A stretch of 64,000 nt of DNA, taken from NCBI GenBank assembly GCA_041497895.1, contig JBGQHJ010000001.1, positions 73,947 to 137,946 of the forward strand. Direction: 5' to 3'. A program made the translations under genes and the position numbers. This document shows, piece by piece, positions 19,727 through 28,001 of this stretch. Position 1 is the stretch's first letter. Each line of letters starts with the position of its first letter. This DNA comes from Candidatus Methylomirabilia bacterium (GTDB lineage Bacteria; Methylomirabilota; Methylomirabilia; Rokubacteriales; CSP1-6). The notes under the pieces are model-generated. The model was not told where the DNA came from and did not search any database. It saw only the letters and a list, made by a program, of their open reading frames with translations.

Positions 19727-20851
19727 TCATCGGATGGACGCCGCGAAGATCCGCAGGTAGTTGCCGCCCACGATCTTCGCGGTGTCCGCCGGAGTGAAGC
19801 CGCCCCGCAGCATGGCGTCGACCAGGGCGGTGAAGTTGTCGTACTCGGGGTAGAGCCCCGTGCTCGACGAGGCGTCGGTGCCGATGCTCACGTGGTCGAC
19901 GCCCACCACGTCCGCCATCTCCTTGAGCCCCTCCACGTAGCGCTCGGGCGTCGCGAAGAAGTGCCAGATGCCCACGGAGCCGCCGGTCTCGGCGATCGCC
20001 CGCGCGTGATCGGGCGTGATCTGCCGCTCCACCAGCGGGGTCTCGCCCTGGGCCTTCGAGCCGCGCAGCGCGGTGTGGGAGAGCAGCAGCGGCCGGCTGG
20101 CGGCCTTCACCGCCTGCTTGACGGTGTCGGCGGTGGCGTGGGCCACGTCGACGACCACACCCAGGCGATTGCAGGCGCGGATGACGTCGGCCCCGAACGG
20201 GGTCAGGCCGTCGTGGGTGACCGCGCCGGTCTGGAAGTCGCCGATGTCGTTCGGGGTGTAGTGGACGAGCTGCATGGTGCGGACGCCACGCTGGTACGAC
20301 TCCTCGAGCCGCTCGAGCTTGCGCTCGAGGAAGTCGAGGCCCTCGATGTCCATGATGATCGCGGGCGCGCCCTCCGCGTGGGCGGCCTTCACGTCGGCCG
20401 CGGTGAGGATGCGACGGATGCCGTGGTTGGCGCACAGCTCGTCCACCCAGCCGAGACGCTGCAGGTGGTACCGGTAGAGGAAGCCGGGCTCGGGCTCGCG
20501 GAGCGCCCGCAGCACGTTGCTCGCGTCGCGGCCGAGGATGGGACCGTCCGGCACGTCGGCCAGGCAGAGCACCGCGATGCGGCCGGCGCGCATGCTCCGG
20601 GCCAGGTCGTCGCTCGGCGCCGCGGTCCGCGAGGTGACGCCGTTGGGACCGGCGTGGGTGTGCACGTCGACCGAGACGTGCTCGCGCAGCAGCTTCGCCG
20701 CCGCCGGGTAGGGCATCTCCGCGGTCGCGGCGGCCGGCGCCTCCGGGCGGGCGCCCGCGCAGCCGGGGACCATCGCCGACGCGGTGGTGAGCAGCGAGCT
20801 CCACATCCATTCGCGACGGGTCCAGTGAAGCGCGTGGCCGCAGCAGGTCAT
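19727..20851 (-). CDS. Membrane dipeptidase (peptidase M19) family, second paralog
   Basis: DVHTH, IEG, VVDVAH, LSHT, HVSIGTD; similar to 7740-8864. Confidence 0.87.
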   Translation of the reverse strand: MTCCGHALHWTRREWMWSSLLTTASAMVPGCAGARPEAPAAATAEMPYPAAAKLLREHVSVDVHTHAGPNGVTSRTAAPSDDLARSMRAGRIAVLCLADVPDGPILGRDASNVLRALREPEPGFLYRYHLQRLGWVDELCANHGIRRILTAADVKAAHAEGAPAIIMDIEGLDFLERKLERLEESYQRGVRTMQLVHYTPNDIGDFQTGAVTHDGLTPFGADVIRACNRLGVVVDVAHATADTVKQAVKAASRPLLLSHTALRGSKAQGETPLVERQITPDHARAIAETGGSVGIWHFFATPERYVEGLKEMADVVGVDHVSIGTDASSSTGLYPEYDNFTALVDAMLRGGFTPADTAKIVGGNYLRIFAASIR

Positions 20852-20862
20852 GACGGGTCTCC

Positions 20863-21696
20863 TCAGCGATTGATTGCGCCGTGCTTGCGCAGGAAGGTGA
20901 GCCCCGCCCGCGCGTCGTCCAGGCCCAGCTCCAGCACCCCGGGCAGCGTGGCGAAGGCGGGATGCCGCGCCACCGCGACCACGCCCATGCCGATGGTCCC
21001 GGTGCCGGGAGTGGCGTGGCGATCCCGGTGCGCCCCGCAGGGGAGCTGACAGTCGTTCAGGTGGAAGGCCACCACGCGCTCGAGCACGCCCTCGGCGGCG
21101 AGCGCGTCGGCCAGGCGGGCGCCGCCCTCGTCACCCGAGAGGTCGAAGCCGGCGGCGTGCAGATGGCAGGTGTCGATGAGCAGGCCGAATTGCTCGGCGG
21201 GCGCGCCCACGTCGCGGACGAGGCGGGCCAGCTCCGGAATGGTCTGGCCCAGCTCGCTGCCCTCGCACGAGTTCTCGAGGAGGAGCCGCGGGCCGGCCGG
21301 CATCTTCGCGATCAGCTCGCCGAGCTTGCGGGTGGCGAGGACCAGCGCCTCCTCCGCGCTCGGGTGGCCCTTGGCGTAGCCCACGTGGAAGCACACCGCG
21401 TCGAGCCCGATCTCCGCCGCGACCTTGAGGTCGGCGAGCAGGCTCGAGACCGACGAGTTGCGGATGCGGCCCTCGGGACTCGCCAGGTTGACGAGCAGCG
21501 AGCCGTGGGCCACGCCCCAGGCACGATGGCCGGCCAGGCCCGCCACCAGCGCGGCGCGGTCGGGGGGCTCGGGCACGCCGTAGTTCCCGAAGCGGCCGGG
21601 GTCGCGCAGGACCGTCTGGTAGACGTCGACGCCCTCCTGGCGGAGGAGAGACGGGATCGCGGCGAGCGGGGGGCCGATCGACAGTCCGACGCGCAT
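20863..21696 (-). CDS. nfo: Endonuclease IV-like (AP endonuclease 2, TIM barrel)
   Basis: Metal-ligand motifs AHGSLLVNLAS, FHVG, LLEN, DTCHLH, HLND, DRH, LEL. Confidence 0.75.
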   Translation of the reverse strand: MRVGLSIGPPLAAIPSLLRQEGVDVYQTVLRDPGRFGNYGVPEPPDRAALVAGLAGHRAWGVAHGSLLVNLASPEGRIRNSSVSSLLADLKVAAEIGLDAVCFHVGYAKGHPSAEEALVLATRKLGELIAKMPAGPRLLLENSCEGSELGQTIPELARLVRDVGAPAEQFGLLIDTCHLHAAGFDLSGDEGGARLADALAAEGVLERVVAFHLNDCQLPCGAHRDRHATPGTGTIGMGVVAVARHPAFATLPGVLELGLDDARAGLTFLRKHGAINR

Positions 21697-21726
21697 CCTC
21701 GGTACTCTACCACTCTCGCGCGCGGC

Positions 21727-21891
21727 GGGCGGAACCGGCGGCCGGGGCGGGGCTCCCTCCCGGGAACACGCTGCATCGCATCCCGATGCGCCGTCTCGAT
21801 CGAGCCACGAGATCATCGGTGGCTGGCTTCGACGACGCGCAGAAGCCACGGTTCCCGGGAGGGAGCCCCGCCCCGGCCGCCGGCCCCGCCC
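21727..21891 (-). repeat. Long inverted repeat element (41-bp stem, MITE/REPIN-like or structured RNA)
   Basis: 21735-21767 is the exact reverse complement of 21851-21883 (33 bp); extends to 41 bp; three internal hairpins. Confidence 0.8.
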
Positions 21892-21896
21892 TTGGG

Positions 21897-22913
21897 CTAG
21901 TTGGATGCCGACGAGCTAGAGGCTTTCAGGTGCGGGAGGACGGCGCGGCCGAACAGCTCGACGGTCTGCACCGGATCCGCGGACAGGCTCACCGTGAACA
22001 TGAGCTGGGTGACCCCGGCCGCCTCGGCGGCGCGGACCTGGGCGAGGCAGTCCTCCGGCGCGCCCGCGACGGCGAGGCGCGCGCGCAGGTAGTCGAAGAT
22101 TCCGAGGCGGCGCGTGAGCCCGGGGTCCATCTCGCGCAGCCGCGTGGTGTAGGTGGCGCGCAGCTCGCGCACCGCGGGCACCAGCGCGGCCGGAACCCCA
22201 CGGCCCTCCGGATCCGGCCCCAGGATGTAGGCGGCCACGAAGCCCAGGATGTTGCCGAGCTTGTCGAGCGCCTCCTCGCGCCGCTCCGCCACGTCGAGAC
22301 AGGCGATGGACCACACGTCGACCGCGTCGGCGGGCCGATTCGCGCCCGCCGCGCCCTCCGTGATCAGGGCGCGGACCCGCCTCACCTCGGCCGCGCCGAG
22401 CCCGTAGTTCACGAACGCACCGTCGGCGGCGGCGCCCACCGCCCGGAGCGCGGCCGGCCCCGACGCGGCCGCGTAGACCGGCACCGAGCGCTTGATCCAG
22501 GGCAGATGCGTGGCCGCGCCCCGCCAGGAGGCGGGCGCGCCGGAGAGCGCGGTCTTGAGGAACGCGATGCCCTCGCGCAGGTCGGCCGCGCTGCTGCGCG
22601 CGCCGCCCACGTTGGTGACGCCGCTGTGCCCGGCGCCGATGCCGAGGATGGTCCGACCCTCCGCGGTGGCGTCGACCGAGGCCGCCGCGGAGGCGGTGAT
22701 CGCCGGATGCCGCGTGACCAGGTTGGTCACGCAGGTGGCGAGCCGCACCCGCGACGTGGCCGCCGCCGCGATCGTCATGGCCACCCACGGGTCGAGGGCG
22801 TTGCCCGGGGTGTCGGCGATGCCGACGAGGTCGAAGCCCAGCTCCTCGCCGAGGCGGGCCATGCGCGCGGTGTACTCCGGCGTGTACGGCCAGAAGAAGA
22901 AGCCGACGCGCAT
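21897..22913 (-). CDS. LLM class flavin-dependent oxidoreductase (Mer-like)
   Basis: GFDLVGIAD, DPWV, VTN..TRHP, GR.ILGIGAG, PVYAAASGP. Confidence 0.88.
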   Translation of the reverse strand: MRVGFFFWPYTPEYTARMARLGEELGFDLVGIADTPGNALDPWVAMTIAAAATSRVRLATCVTNLVTRHPAITASAAASVDATAEGRTILGIGAGHSGVTNVGGARSSAADLREGIAFLKTALSGAPASWRGAATHLPWIKRSVPVYAAASGPAALRAVGAAADGAFVNYGLGAAEVRRVRALITEGAAGANRPADAVDVWSIACLDVAERREEALDKLGNILGFVAAYILGPDPEGRGVPAALVPAVRELRATYTTRLREMDPGLTRRLGIFDYLRARLAVAGAPEDCLAQVRAAEAAGVTQLMFTVSLSADPVQTVELFGRAVLPHLKASSSSASN

Positions 22914-22920
22914 CGGCGCG

Positions 22921-24171
22921 CTACGGCTTGGCCGGGGGATAGTCGCGCGAGTAGGGCGGGCTCTTGAGGAACTCCTCCGGCTTGTAGGTCCAGAACTGCG
23001 AGACCGCCGGGTAGGTGTGGATGACGGTGGTGGCGAGCTTGCCGCCCACCCGGTCCACCCGCAGGACGTAGACGTTCTCGGTCGGGTTGCCCCAGTCGTC
23101 GAGCTTGATCGGCCCGCGCGGATCCGGGGTGGTCTCGATGGCCCGCCGGATGGCGGCCACGAGCTTCTCGCGGTCCTCGACCTGGCCCTTCAGCGCCTCC
23201 GCGGCCTCCGCGATCCAGCGCCCGCTGCTGTACATGATCGCGTGGAAGTAGGCAGGGGTGCGCCCGAGCTTGCCCTCCGCCAGCTTCATGAAGGTCTGAT
23301 TGGCGGGGGTCTGCAACGTCGGGCTCCAGAGGAGCGTGCCGATGGTGCCGACCGCCTCGTCGCCCATGCTGCGCAGCGCGCTCTCGTCGATCATCACCCC
23401 GGTGCCGATGAGCGGGGTCTTGCCCTTGAGGCCGGCCTCGCCGTACTGCTTGACGAAGCGCACCGCCTGCCCGGCGACGAAGACCGCGCACACCGCGTCG
23501 ACGTCCTTGACCACCTGGGAGAGGTATGGCGCGAAGTCGAGCGCGTTGAGCGGCACCCAGATCTTCTGGACCACCCGCCCGCCCGCGTCCTCGAACACCC
23601 GCTGGAAGCCGCCCGCCTCCTCGTGGCCGAAGCCGTTGTCCATCGCGAGGACCGCCACCCGCTTGTACTTGAGCGTCTTCGCCGCGTAGTCGCCGAGCGG
23701 GTGCATGATCTGGCTCGCGGCGAAGTTGGAGCGGAGGATCCACTTGGCGACCTTGCGCTTGGTGAGGTCGTCCGGGGTGGTGAGGAAGAGCGTCGGCAGC
23801 TGGTCCTTCTCGATGAGCGGCACCAGGCCGTTGCCGACGTTGACGAGCAGCACCCCGGTGAGCACGTGGATCTTGTCGTGGCCCACCAGCTTGCGGTACT
23901 TGGCGATGGCGGTCGCGGGGTTGCCCTCGGTGTCCTCCTCGATCAGCTCGATCTTGCGCCCGCCCGCCTGGTAGTTGACCTGCTCGAGCGACATCTTGAG
24001 CCCGTCGAGCATGTCCTTGCCCGCCTGGGCGAAGATGCCGGTGAGCGGGGCGAGGAAGCCGATGCGGATGGTCTCCGCCGCCGCGGCCGGGCCGGCCCCG
24101 AGCGCGACGACCGTGAGGAGGACGAGCGCCGCGTGGACCGCCGGCCGGCGCGCTATTCGCAGAACTTGCAC
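22921..24171 (-). CDS. Branched-chain amino acid/aromatic-type ABC substrate-binding protein
   Basis: IRIGFLAPLTG, IEED, LDFAPYL; GTG start overlapping upstream paralog (start inferred). Confidence 0.87.
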   Translation of the reverse strand: MQVLRIARRPAVHAALVLLTVVALGAGPAAAAETIRIGFLAPLTGIFAQAGKDMLDGLKMSLEQVNYQAGGRKIELIEEDTEGNPATAIAKYRKLVGHDKIHVLTGVLLVNVGNGLVPLIEKDQLPTLFLTTPDDLTKRKVAKWILRSNFAASQIMHPLGDYAAKTLKYKRVAVLAMDNGFGHEEAGGFQRVFEDAGGRVVQKIWVPLNALDFAPYLSQVVKDVDAVCAVFVAGQAVRFVKQYGEAGLKGKTPLIGTGVMIDESALRSMGDEAVGTIGTLLWSPTLQTPANQTFMKLAEGKLGRTPAYFHAIMYSSGRWIAEAAEALKGQVEDREKLVAAIRRAIETTPDPRGPIKLDDWGNPTENVYVLRVDRVGGKLATTVIHTYPAVSQFWTYKPEEFLKSPPYSRDYPPAKP

Positions 24172-25385
24172 GGCGGGTAGTTCCGGTCGTAGGCCGGGAG
24201 CTTGAGGTACTCGTCCTGCTTGTAGGTCCAGAACTGCGAGACGTTCGGGTAGGTGTGCACGACCGTGTTCTGGAGCTTGCCGCCCACCCGCTCCACCTTG
24301 CGGATGTAGACGTTCTCGATCGGGTTGCCGAGGTCGTCCATCTTCATGGGGCCACGCGCGTCGTCCGAGATCTCCACCTTGCGGAGCGCGGCGATGAGCT
24401 TCTCCTTGTTCTCGGCCTCGCCGTTGATGGCCTTGAGCGCCTCGTAGTAGAAGCGCGCGCCGGTGTAGCCCTGCGCGGAATACAGCGAGGTCCCGCGGCC
24501 GTAGCGCTTCTCGTAGGCGGCCGAGAACTTCCGGTTGGCCGGCGTGTCGAGCGCGCTGCTGTAGATCAGCGAGGTGACGACCCCGAGCGCCTCGTCGCCC
24601 ATGCCCTTGAGCACGTTCTCGTCGGTGAGCGTGCCGATGCCGACGAGCGGGATGCTCTTCAGGCCGGTGTCGCTCCAGGTCTTCAGGAAGCGCGGGGACA
24701 GGCCGCCGGTGTGGCACGCGTAGACGCCGTCGATGTCCTTCTTCAGCGACGCCAGGTAGGGCGCGTAGTCCTGGATTGACAGCGGCGTCCAGATGCGCTG
24801 CACCACCTTGCCCCCCAGCTCCTCGAACACGCGCTGGAAGCCGGCGGTGGTCTCCCAGCCGAACGCGTAGTCCATGCTGATGGTCGCCACCCGCCGCAGC
24901 TTGAGCTGCCTGTACGCGTAGTCGCCGAGCGGATGGGTGGCCTGGCTCCCCGAGGCCGAGGTGCGCACGACCCAGCGGCCCGGCTTGCGCTGCGTGATGT
25001 CGTCGGGCGCGGTCACCGGATAGACGGTCGGGATCTTGTTCTGCTCGATGTAGGGCGCGATCGCGTAGCCGGTGGCGGCGAGCAGCCCGCCCGCGATGGT
25101 GTGGACCTTCTCCTGCTCCACCAGACGGCGCACCTTGGTCAGCGCGCCGGTCGGCTCCGGGTCGGAGTCCTCCACGATGACCTTCACCTCGCGGCCCGCG
25201 ACCTTGTTGCCGACCTCCTCCCAGAAGAGGTTGAAGCCGTCGGTCATGTCCTTGCCGGTCTGCGAGAAGTTGCCGGTGAGCGGTCCGAAGTAGCCGATGC
25301 GGATTGGGTCGGCCGCGCGGGCCGGGCGGGCCGTCGCGGCCGCCATCGCCCCGCTCATGGTCACGAGGAACTGTCGCCTGTGCAT
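24153..25385 (-). CDS. Branched-chain amino acid/aromatic-type ABC substrate-binding protein, Tat signal
   Basis: RRQFL signal, IRIGYFGPLTG, DYAFG, QDYAPYL. Confidence 0.9.
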   Translation of the reverse strand: MHRRQFLVTMSGAMAAATARPARAADPIRIGYFGPLTGNFSQTGKDMTDGFNLFWEEVGNKVAGREVKVIVEDSDPEPTGALTKVRRLVEQEKVHTIAGGLLAATGYAIAPYIEQNKIPTVYPVTAPDDITQRKPGRWVVRTSASGSQATHPLGDYAYRQLKLRRVATISMDYAFGWETTAGFQRVFEELGGKVVQRIWTPLSIQDYAPYLASLKKDIDGVYACHTGGLSPRFLKTWSDTGLKSIPLVGIGTLTDENVLKGMGDEALGVVTSLIYSSALDTPANRKFSAAYEKRYGRGTSLYSAQGYTGARFYYEALKAINGEAENKEKLIAALRKVEISDDARGPMKMDDLGNPIENVYIRKVERVGGKLQNTVVHTYPNVSQFWTYKQDEYLKLPAYDRNYPPCKFCE

Positions 25386-25505
25386 GGACTGCCTCCTCTT
25401 CAGCGAGGAACTGCGGTGCCTGGGCCGCTACCTTAGGGAGCGCGTCACGGTTTGTCAACCGTGGCGGGCCTTGACAGCCCGGGATCGTATCGGCAGAGTC
25501 GGGCC

Positions 25506-26663
25506 ATGCTCAACGCCACCCGGGATCTCGTCCTGCCCACCACCATCACCGGCTCATACCCGCGCCCGCACTGGTTCAGCGAGGAGCTGCGGGGGCGGAG
25601 CTTCAAGGACGCGCTCGGCGACTCGCGCTTCCGCGAGCAGTACCTGGACGCGGTGGCGTGCTTGGTGCGGGAGCAGGAGCTGGCCGGGCTCGACCTGGTC
25701 ACCGACGGCGACTCCCGCTTCGACCTCACGGTGGGCGGCAAGTCGTGGTTCTACTACGTGATCGAGCGCCTCCGGGGCATCACCGGCGCCCAGGACCGCT
25801 CGACCGGCGGGGGCTGGAAGGCGCTGCGCCCGGGCCACATCCTCTACGAGGTGATGGAGGCGTACCAGCCCGCGGTGGTGGGGGAGGCGCTCGGGCGCGG
25901 GCCGCTCCAGTACTCGGCGCTCTTCAAGATCGCCCAGCGGCTCTCGGCCAAGCCGGTGAAGTTCGGGGCGATCACCGCCCAGTCGCTCGCCAAGATGCTG
26001 GTGAACCGCCACTACGCGGGCGACCACGACGTGATCCTGGCCCTGGCCGACATCTTCAACGCCGAGCTCCGCGAGGTCGCCGCCGCGGGCTGCCGGGTCA
26101 TCCAGGTGGAGGAGCCGCAGCACCACATCGCGGGGGCGGCGGGGGCCACCGACCGAGATCTCGAGTTCTACACCGAGTCGGTGAACCGGGAGATCGCCGG
26201 CGTCGACACCGAGATCTGGCTGCACACCTGCTGGGGCAACCCGAACCAGCAGCCGCTGCACTGGGAGCGGCCGTCCTACGAGCGGTCGCTGCCGTACCTG
26301 CTGGCCACCAACGCCGACGTGATCACGCTCGAGTGCGCCTCCACCAACGGGCGCGACCTGCCCCTGCTCGCGAAGCACCGGACCGACAAGAAGATCGCGA
26401 TCGGGGTGGTGAATCACTCGACGGCGGCGGTGGAGCCGCCGGAGGTGGTGGCCGCGCTCATCCGGCGCGCGCTCGAGTACGTGCCGCCGGAGCGGCTGAT
26501 CCTGTCCACCGACTGCGGCTTCGGCCGCGAGGGGCTCGCCCGGCGGATCGCCTTCTACAAGAGCGTGGCCATCAACCTGGGCGCCAACATCGTGCGCCGG
26601 GAGCTGAAGCTGCCGGAGGTGGAGATCCCGGCCGCCGATCCGCGCTTCACCTTCGCCGGCTGA
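25506..26663 (+). CDS. Cobalamin-independent methionine synthase II (short MetE-like) family protein
   Basis: TTITGSYPRP, TDGD, IQVEEP, HTCWGN, E, TDCGFG Zn ligands. Confidence 0.87.
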   Translation: MLNATRDLVLPTTITGSYPRPHWFSEELRGRSFKDALGDSRFREQYLDAVACLVREQELAGLDLVTDGDSRFDLTVGGKSWFYYVIERLRGITGAQDRSTGGGWKALRPGHILYEVMEAYQPAVVGEALGRGPLQYSALFKIAQRLSAKPVKFGAITAQSLAKMLVNRHYAGDHDVILALADIFNAELREVAAAGCRVIQVEEPQHHIAGAAGATDRDLEFYTESVNREIAGVDTEIWLHTCWGNPNQQPLHWERPSYERSLPYLLATNADVITLECASTNGRDLPLLAKHRTDKKIAIGVVNHSTAAVEPPEVVAALIRRALEYVPPERLILSTDCGFGREGLARRIAFYKSVAINLGANIVRRELKLPEVEIPAADPRFTFAG

Positions 26664-26677
26664 CCGAAGGACATTTC

Positions 26678-26710
26678 CCCTCTCCCTACCGGGAGAGGGC
26701 AGGCTGAGGG
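26678..26710 (+). repeat. Intrastrand triplex / boxC-like repeat
   Basis: CCCTCTCCC-TACC-GGGAGAGGG-CA-GGCTGAGGG; second copy at 35500. Confidence 0.7.
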
Positions 26711-26718
26711 AGGAGACT

Positions 26719-27669
26719 ATGGCACTCATCAAGGTGCGAGACCTGGCGTGGGCGCGCATGCGCGCCCCGGACCTGGACGCGATGGAGGAGTTCCTCACCC
26801 ACTTCGGCCTGACCCGCGCCGCGCGAACCCCGACCGCGCTCTACATGCGCGGGACGGACCCGGCCCACCACATCCACGTCACCGAGAAGGCGGACAACGC
26901 CGGCTTCGTGGGCTTCGCGTACCACGCGGCGAGCGAGGCCGACCTGGCGCGGGTGGCCACCGCTCCCGGCGCGTCCGCGGTGGAGCCGCTCGGCGAGCCG
27001 GGTGGCGGCAAGCGGGTGCGGCTGCGCGAGCCGAACGGCTACCAGGTCGAGGTGATCTGGGGGCTCGAGGTGCTGCCGCCGATCCCGGTGCCGCACACGC
27101 CGATGAACACCGGGGTCGAGCCCCTGCGCCGCGCGGGGACCTTGATGCGGCTGCGCAAGTCGCCGACCCCGATCAAGCGCATCGGCCACGGGGTGATGGG
27201 CACCCCGAAGGTCCGCGAGACCGTGCAGTGGTTCCGCGACACCCTCGGGTTCATCGGCTCGGACGACGTGTACGCCGGGCAGAAGGACAACCTGATCGGC
27301 TCGTTCAACCGCTGCGACCAGGGCGACGAGTACGTCGACCACCACACGCTGTTCTGCGTGCGCAACGAGCGGGCGGGTCTGAACCACGTCTCGTTCGAGG
27401 TGCCGGACGTGGACGCGGTCTTCAAGGACCACGAGTACATCGCCCGGCTCGGCAAGTACGAGCACATGTGGGGCGTGGGCCGGCACCTCCTGGGCAGCCA
27501 GGTCTACGACTACTGGTGCGACCCGTGGGGTCGCGTGCACGAGCGCTGGGCGGACACCGACCGCCTGAACGCCCGGAGCGGATCCAATCTGCTGTCGGCC
27601 GAAGAGGGGCTCGTGAGCCAGTGGGGCGAAGACCCGCCCGAGCGGTTCATCCGTCACGTGACGACGTAG
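26719..27669 (+). CDS. VOC-family ring-cleavage dioxygenase-like protein (trihydroxytoluene oxygenase-like)
   Basis: Two VOC domains; RIGHGV, DHHT, NHVSFEV, WGVGRHLLGSQVYDYW.DPWG..HE. Confidence 0.82.
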   Translation: MALIKVRDLAWARMRAPDLDAMEEFLTHFGLTRAARTPTALYMRGTDPAHHIHVTEKADNAGFVGFAYHAASEADLARVATAPGASAVEPLGEPGGGKRVRLREPNGYQVEVIWGLEVLPPIPVPHTPMNTGVEPLRRAGTLMRLRKSPTPIKRIGHGVMGTPKVRETVQWFRDTLGFIGSDDVYAGQKDNLIGSFNRCDQGDEYVDHHTLFCVRNERAGLNHVSFEVPDVDAVFKDHEYIARLGKYEHMWGVGRHLLGSQVYDYWCDPWGRVHERWADTDRLNARSGSNLLSAEEGLVSQWGEDPPERFIRHVTT

Positions 27670-28001
27670 CCGGGCCGCTGGCCCGGCTGCGGCGGATCTG
27701 CCGGTCCCTGCCCGGGACCAGCGAGAAGGTCTCGCACGGGGAGCCCACGTTCTGGGTGGGCGGGCGGATGTTCGCCCAGCTCGACAACCACCACCACGGC
27801 GCCGCGCACGTGGCGGTCTGGCTCGCGATGCCGCTGGGCGCCCAGGAAGCGCTGATCTATGCGGACCCGAAGCGGTACTTCGTGCCGCCCTACGTGGGCA
27901 AGCGCGGCTGGGTGGGCATGCGCCTCGACGGCCGCCCGAGCTGGAGGAAGGCCGAGCGGGTCGTGCGCGAGGCCTACGCCTTCATCGCCACGCCCGGCTA
28001 G
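27621..28001 (+). CDS. MmcQ/YjbR family DNA-binding protein
   Basis: EKVSHGEPTF.VGGRMFA...YFVPPYVG.RGWVG; start uncertain. Confidence 0.78.
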   Translation: MGRRPARAVHPSRDDVAGPLARLRRICRSLPGTSEKVSHGEPTFWVGGRMFAQLDNHHHGAAHVAVWLAMPLGAQEALIYADPKRYFVPPYVGKRGWVGMRLDGRPSWRKAERVVREAYAFIATPG

